Shown piece after piece: positions 45,219 to 46,536 of a DNA stretch of 46,536 nucleotides. The stretch is from positions 1-46,536 of the IMG/VR virus record IMGVR_UViG_3300042347_000715. One strand, 5' to 3'. The notes below the pieces were generated by a model. That model did no database searches, was not told the origin of the DNA, and worked only from the letters and a program-made list of their open reading frames with translations. The translations under genes were made by a program, and so were the position numbers. This DNA is from a virus. Taxonomy: Duplodnaviria; Caudoviricetes. Position 1 is the first letter of the stretch, and the number at the start of each line of letters is the position of its first letter.

Positions 45219-45401
45219 TCAGTAGCAGGCAAGCATCTTTTGGATGCGCTCAACTTGAAATTCGTACTCCTCCATTGCTTCCAGCGGATCAATACTGCGA
45301 GTAATTGAATAAACGTCGAGATCAAGACGAAGCTGATCTGTGTCGCTCCACAGGCGATCCAGTACAAACTGTTTGATCAATCGTTTGTTTTCAGCGTTCA
45401 T
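45219..45401 (-). CDS. Accessory hypothetical protein (60 aa)
   Basis: Starts after the CTAATCACCC leader; low GC. Confidence 0.65.
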   Translation of the reverse strand: MNAENKRLIKQFVLDRLWSDTDQLRLDLDVYSITRSIDPLEAMEEYEFQVERIQKMLACY

Positions 45402-45407
45402 GGGTGA

Positions 45408-45424
45408 TTAGTGGTAATGACTAC
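45408..45424 (-). repeat. 17-bp stop-codon-linked motif, site B (GTAGTCATTACCACTAA)
   Basis: Contains the TAG stop of 45421..45696. Confidence 0.65.
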
Positions 45425-45696
45425 TGAGCAGGATCTTCGCGTTCAAATACGCAGGTAAACCAATCACCGTCCGAGTTGCACCACAGCAGTTGGGCGGGCT
45501 CGTTTGGCGGCATGTACCAGATCAACTGGTTGCGATAGTTGCCTTCGGTGTCCTGTCGAGGGTCTGCAGAGCCACGGCGCAGACGGAAGATGCCGCCGTC
45601 TGGCATGTCTTTGCGATTGAGTCCGATGCCTTTGGCACCGTCAAAACCAGCCTGCTCTGGACTACAACGCAGGATGGGAGGGTATTTTGGATCCAT
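45421..45696 (-). CDS. Accessory hypothetical protein (91 aa)
   Basis: ORF with TATAGT -10 (45755-45750) and leader hairpin upstream; ends in site B. Confidence 0.7.
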   Translation of the reverse strand: MDPKYPPILRCSPEQAGFDGAKGIGLNRKDMPDGGIFRLRRGSADPRQDTEGNYRNQLIWYMPPNEPAQLLWCNSDGDWFTCVFEREDPAQ

Positions 45697-45761
45697 CAGC
45701 CGGTAACGCGGTTGGTCAGGGGCAGGAGGCGCAAACTCGCTGCCCCACCACTATAGATGTG

Positions 45762-45809
45762 CCCCGCCGAAGCGGGGACTTCAGCCCGATGCAGTGCAGA
45801 GCGGGAACC
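45762..45809 (-). ncRNA. Candidate two-hairpin sRNA, copy 2
   Basis: GTTCCCGCTCTGC-ACT-GCATCGGGC then CCCCGC-TTCG-GCGGGG (cUUCGg loop). Confidence 0.5.
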
Positions 45810-45810
45810 A

Positions 45811-45827
45811 TTAGAGAGTAGGGCTAC
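45811..45827 (-). repeat. 17-bp stop-codon-linked motif, site A (GTAGCCCTACTCTCTAA)
   Basis: Contains the TAG stop of the tail-fibre gene. Confidence 0.65.
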
Positions 45828-46536
45828 ACGCCTTCAAGGGCTGCAACTTTGGCTTCAAGGGTTTCGATGCGCTCCATTGCTTCCTGTAGCGCTTTGACTG
45901 CCTTCATGTAGAGCACCGAGTAGTTGACGCTCTTGGTGACGGTGCCAAGGTCGTTGCCGTCTTCGTCGCGGTCAGGGGATTTGCTGACGAGACCGGGAGA
46001 GACAAGTTCAACTTCTTGAGCGATCAGGCCAATTTGAGTGTGGGTCTGTTGGCCAGTTTCTTCTTTGAGGTTGTACTTGCGGATCTGCAGTGCCTTTAAG
46101 TCATTCCACTGAGAGCTGGCATTGACGATGTTCTCTTTTAGCTTTATATCAGAAAGGGATCCGTAACTGTTGTTTGTATTGACGACGTTCCCGTTTGTCC
46201 ATACTGTAAATGAATTGGTTCCAGTAATAACGCCACTAGCAGAATGAGCGCCATAAATCAATTGGACGCTAGTTCCTGCGGCGCTGGCACTCCCTACCCA
46301 TAAAGCAGCATTACCGGCTGAAGTGAATGTGCTTGTAGTGCCGCCATTCGTAATCCTCATCCGCTCCGTCGGGCTGCTCGCTCCGTCGGCGGTAGTGGAG
46401 AACACTAGCCTCGACGGGCAATCAGATGTTGAACTCCAACCGGTTTCTGCTCTCGCAAAAATTGATGCGCCAATTCCTCCATCTTGACTACCAAACTGGA
46501 AAAACCCCAAAGGCGAATTATCAGTAATAGATGCGG
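45824..46536 (-). CDS. Tail fibre C-terminus with peptidase S74 intramolecular chaperone (continuation of 1551..1)
   Basis: SDIKLKENI autocleavage motif, IGLIAQEVE.V.P.LV, KAVKALQE coiled coil. Confidence 0.9.
   Translation of the reverse strand, partial: ASITDNSPLGFFQFGSQDGGIGASIFARAETGWSSTSDCPSRLVFSTTADGASSPTERMRITNGGTTSTFTSAGNAALWVGSASAAGTSVQLIYGAHSASGVITGTNSFTVWTNGNVVNTNNSYGSLSDIKLKENIVNASSQWNDLKALQIRKYNLKEETGQQTHTQIGLIAQEVELVSPGLVSKSPDRDEDGNDLGTVTKSVNYSVLYMKAVKALQEAMERIETLEAKVAALEGV
46355..46536. repeat. Terminal direct repeat copy 2
   Basis: See 1-182. Confidence 0.95.

Noticed and set aside
44408-45827. CRISPR array or classical integron
   Set aside because: Repeats are short, degenerate and separated by whole genes; no cas or intI gene and no attC R/L box structure

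Overview
The window is an apparently complete, circularly permuted dsDNA tailed-phage genome. It is about 46,354 bp once a 182-bp end overlap is removed, and it has siphovirus-type morphogenesis genes. A long minus-strand block wraps through the window ends (about 41.4 kb to the end, then 1 to about 27 kb). It carries TerS, TerL, portal, collagen-like fibre, scaffold, major capsid, connectors, tail tube, a G/GT chaperone with a -1 frameshift, tape measure, tail tip, an S74-chaperone tail fibre and lysis genes. A middle block (28-41.4 kb) carries exonuclease, C5-MTase-like protein, SSB, primase-helicase with an iteron array, dCTP deaminase, PolA and many small ORFs. No integrase, repressor, reverse transcriptase or CRISPR array was seen. 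A picocyanobacterial host is inferred from gene families and promoter style, not shown. The most unusual part is 44.4-45.8 kb, just downstream of the tail fibre. There, four small accessory genes sit between copies of a 17-bp motif (GTAG-N7-CWCTAR) that supplies the TAG stop codon in its three intact copies, which suggests a gene-cassette array. This locus shares a conserved RNA hairpin and a paralogous gene family with a second accessory locus at 33.3-34.3 kb, which also holds a tRNA-like element and a candidate double-pseudoknot RNA.
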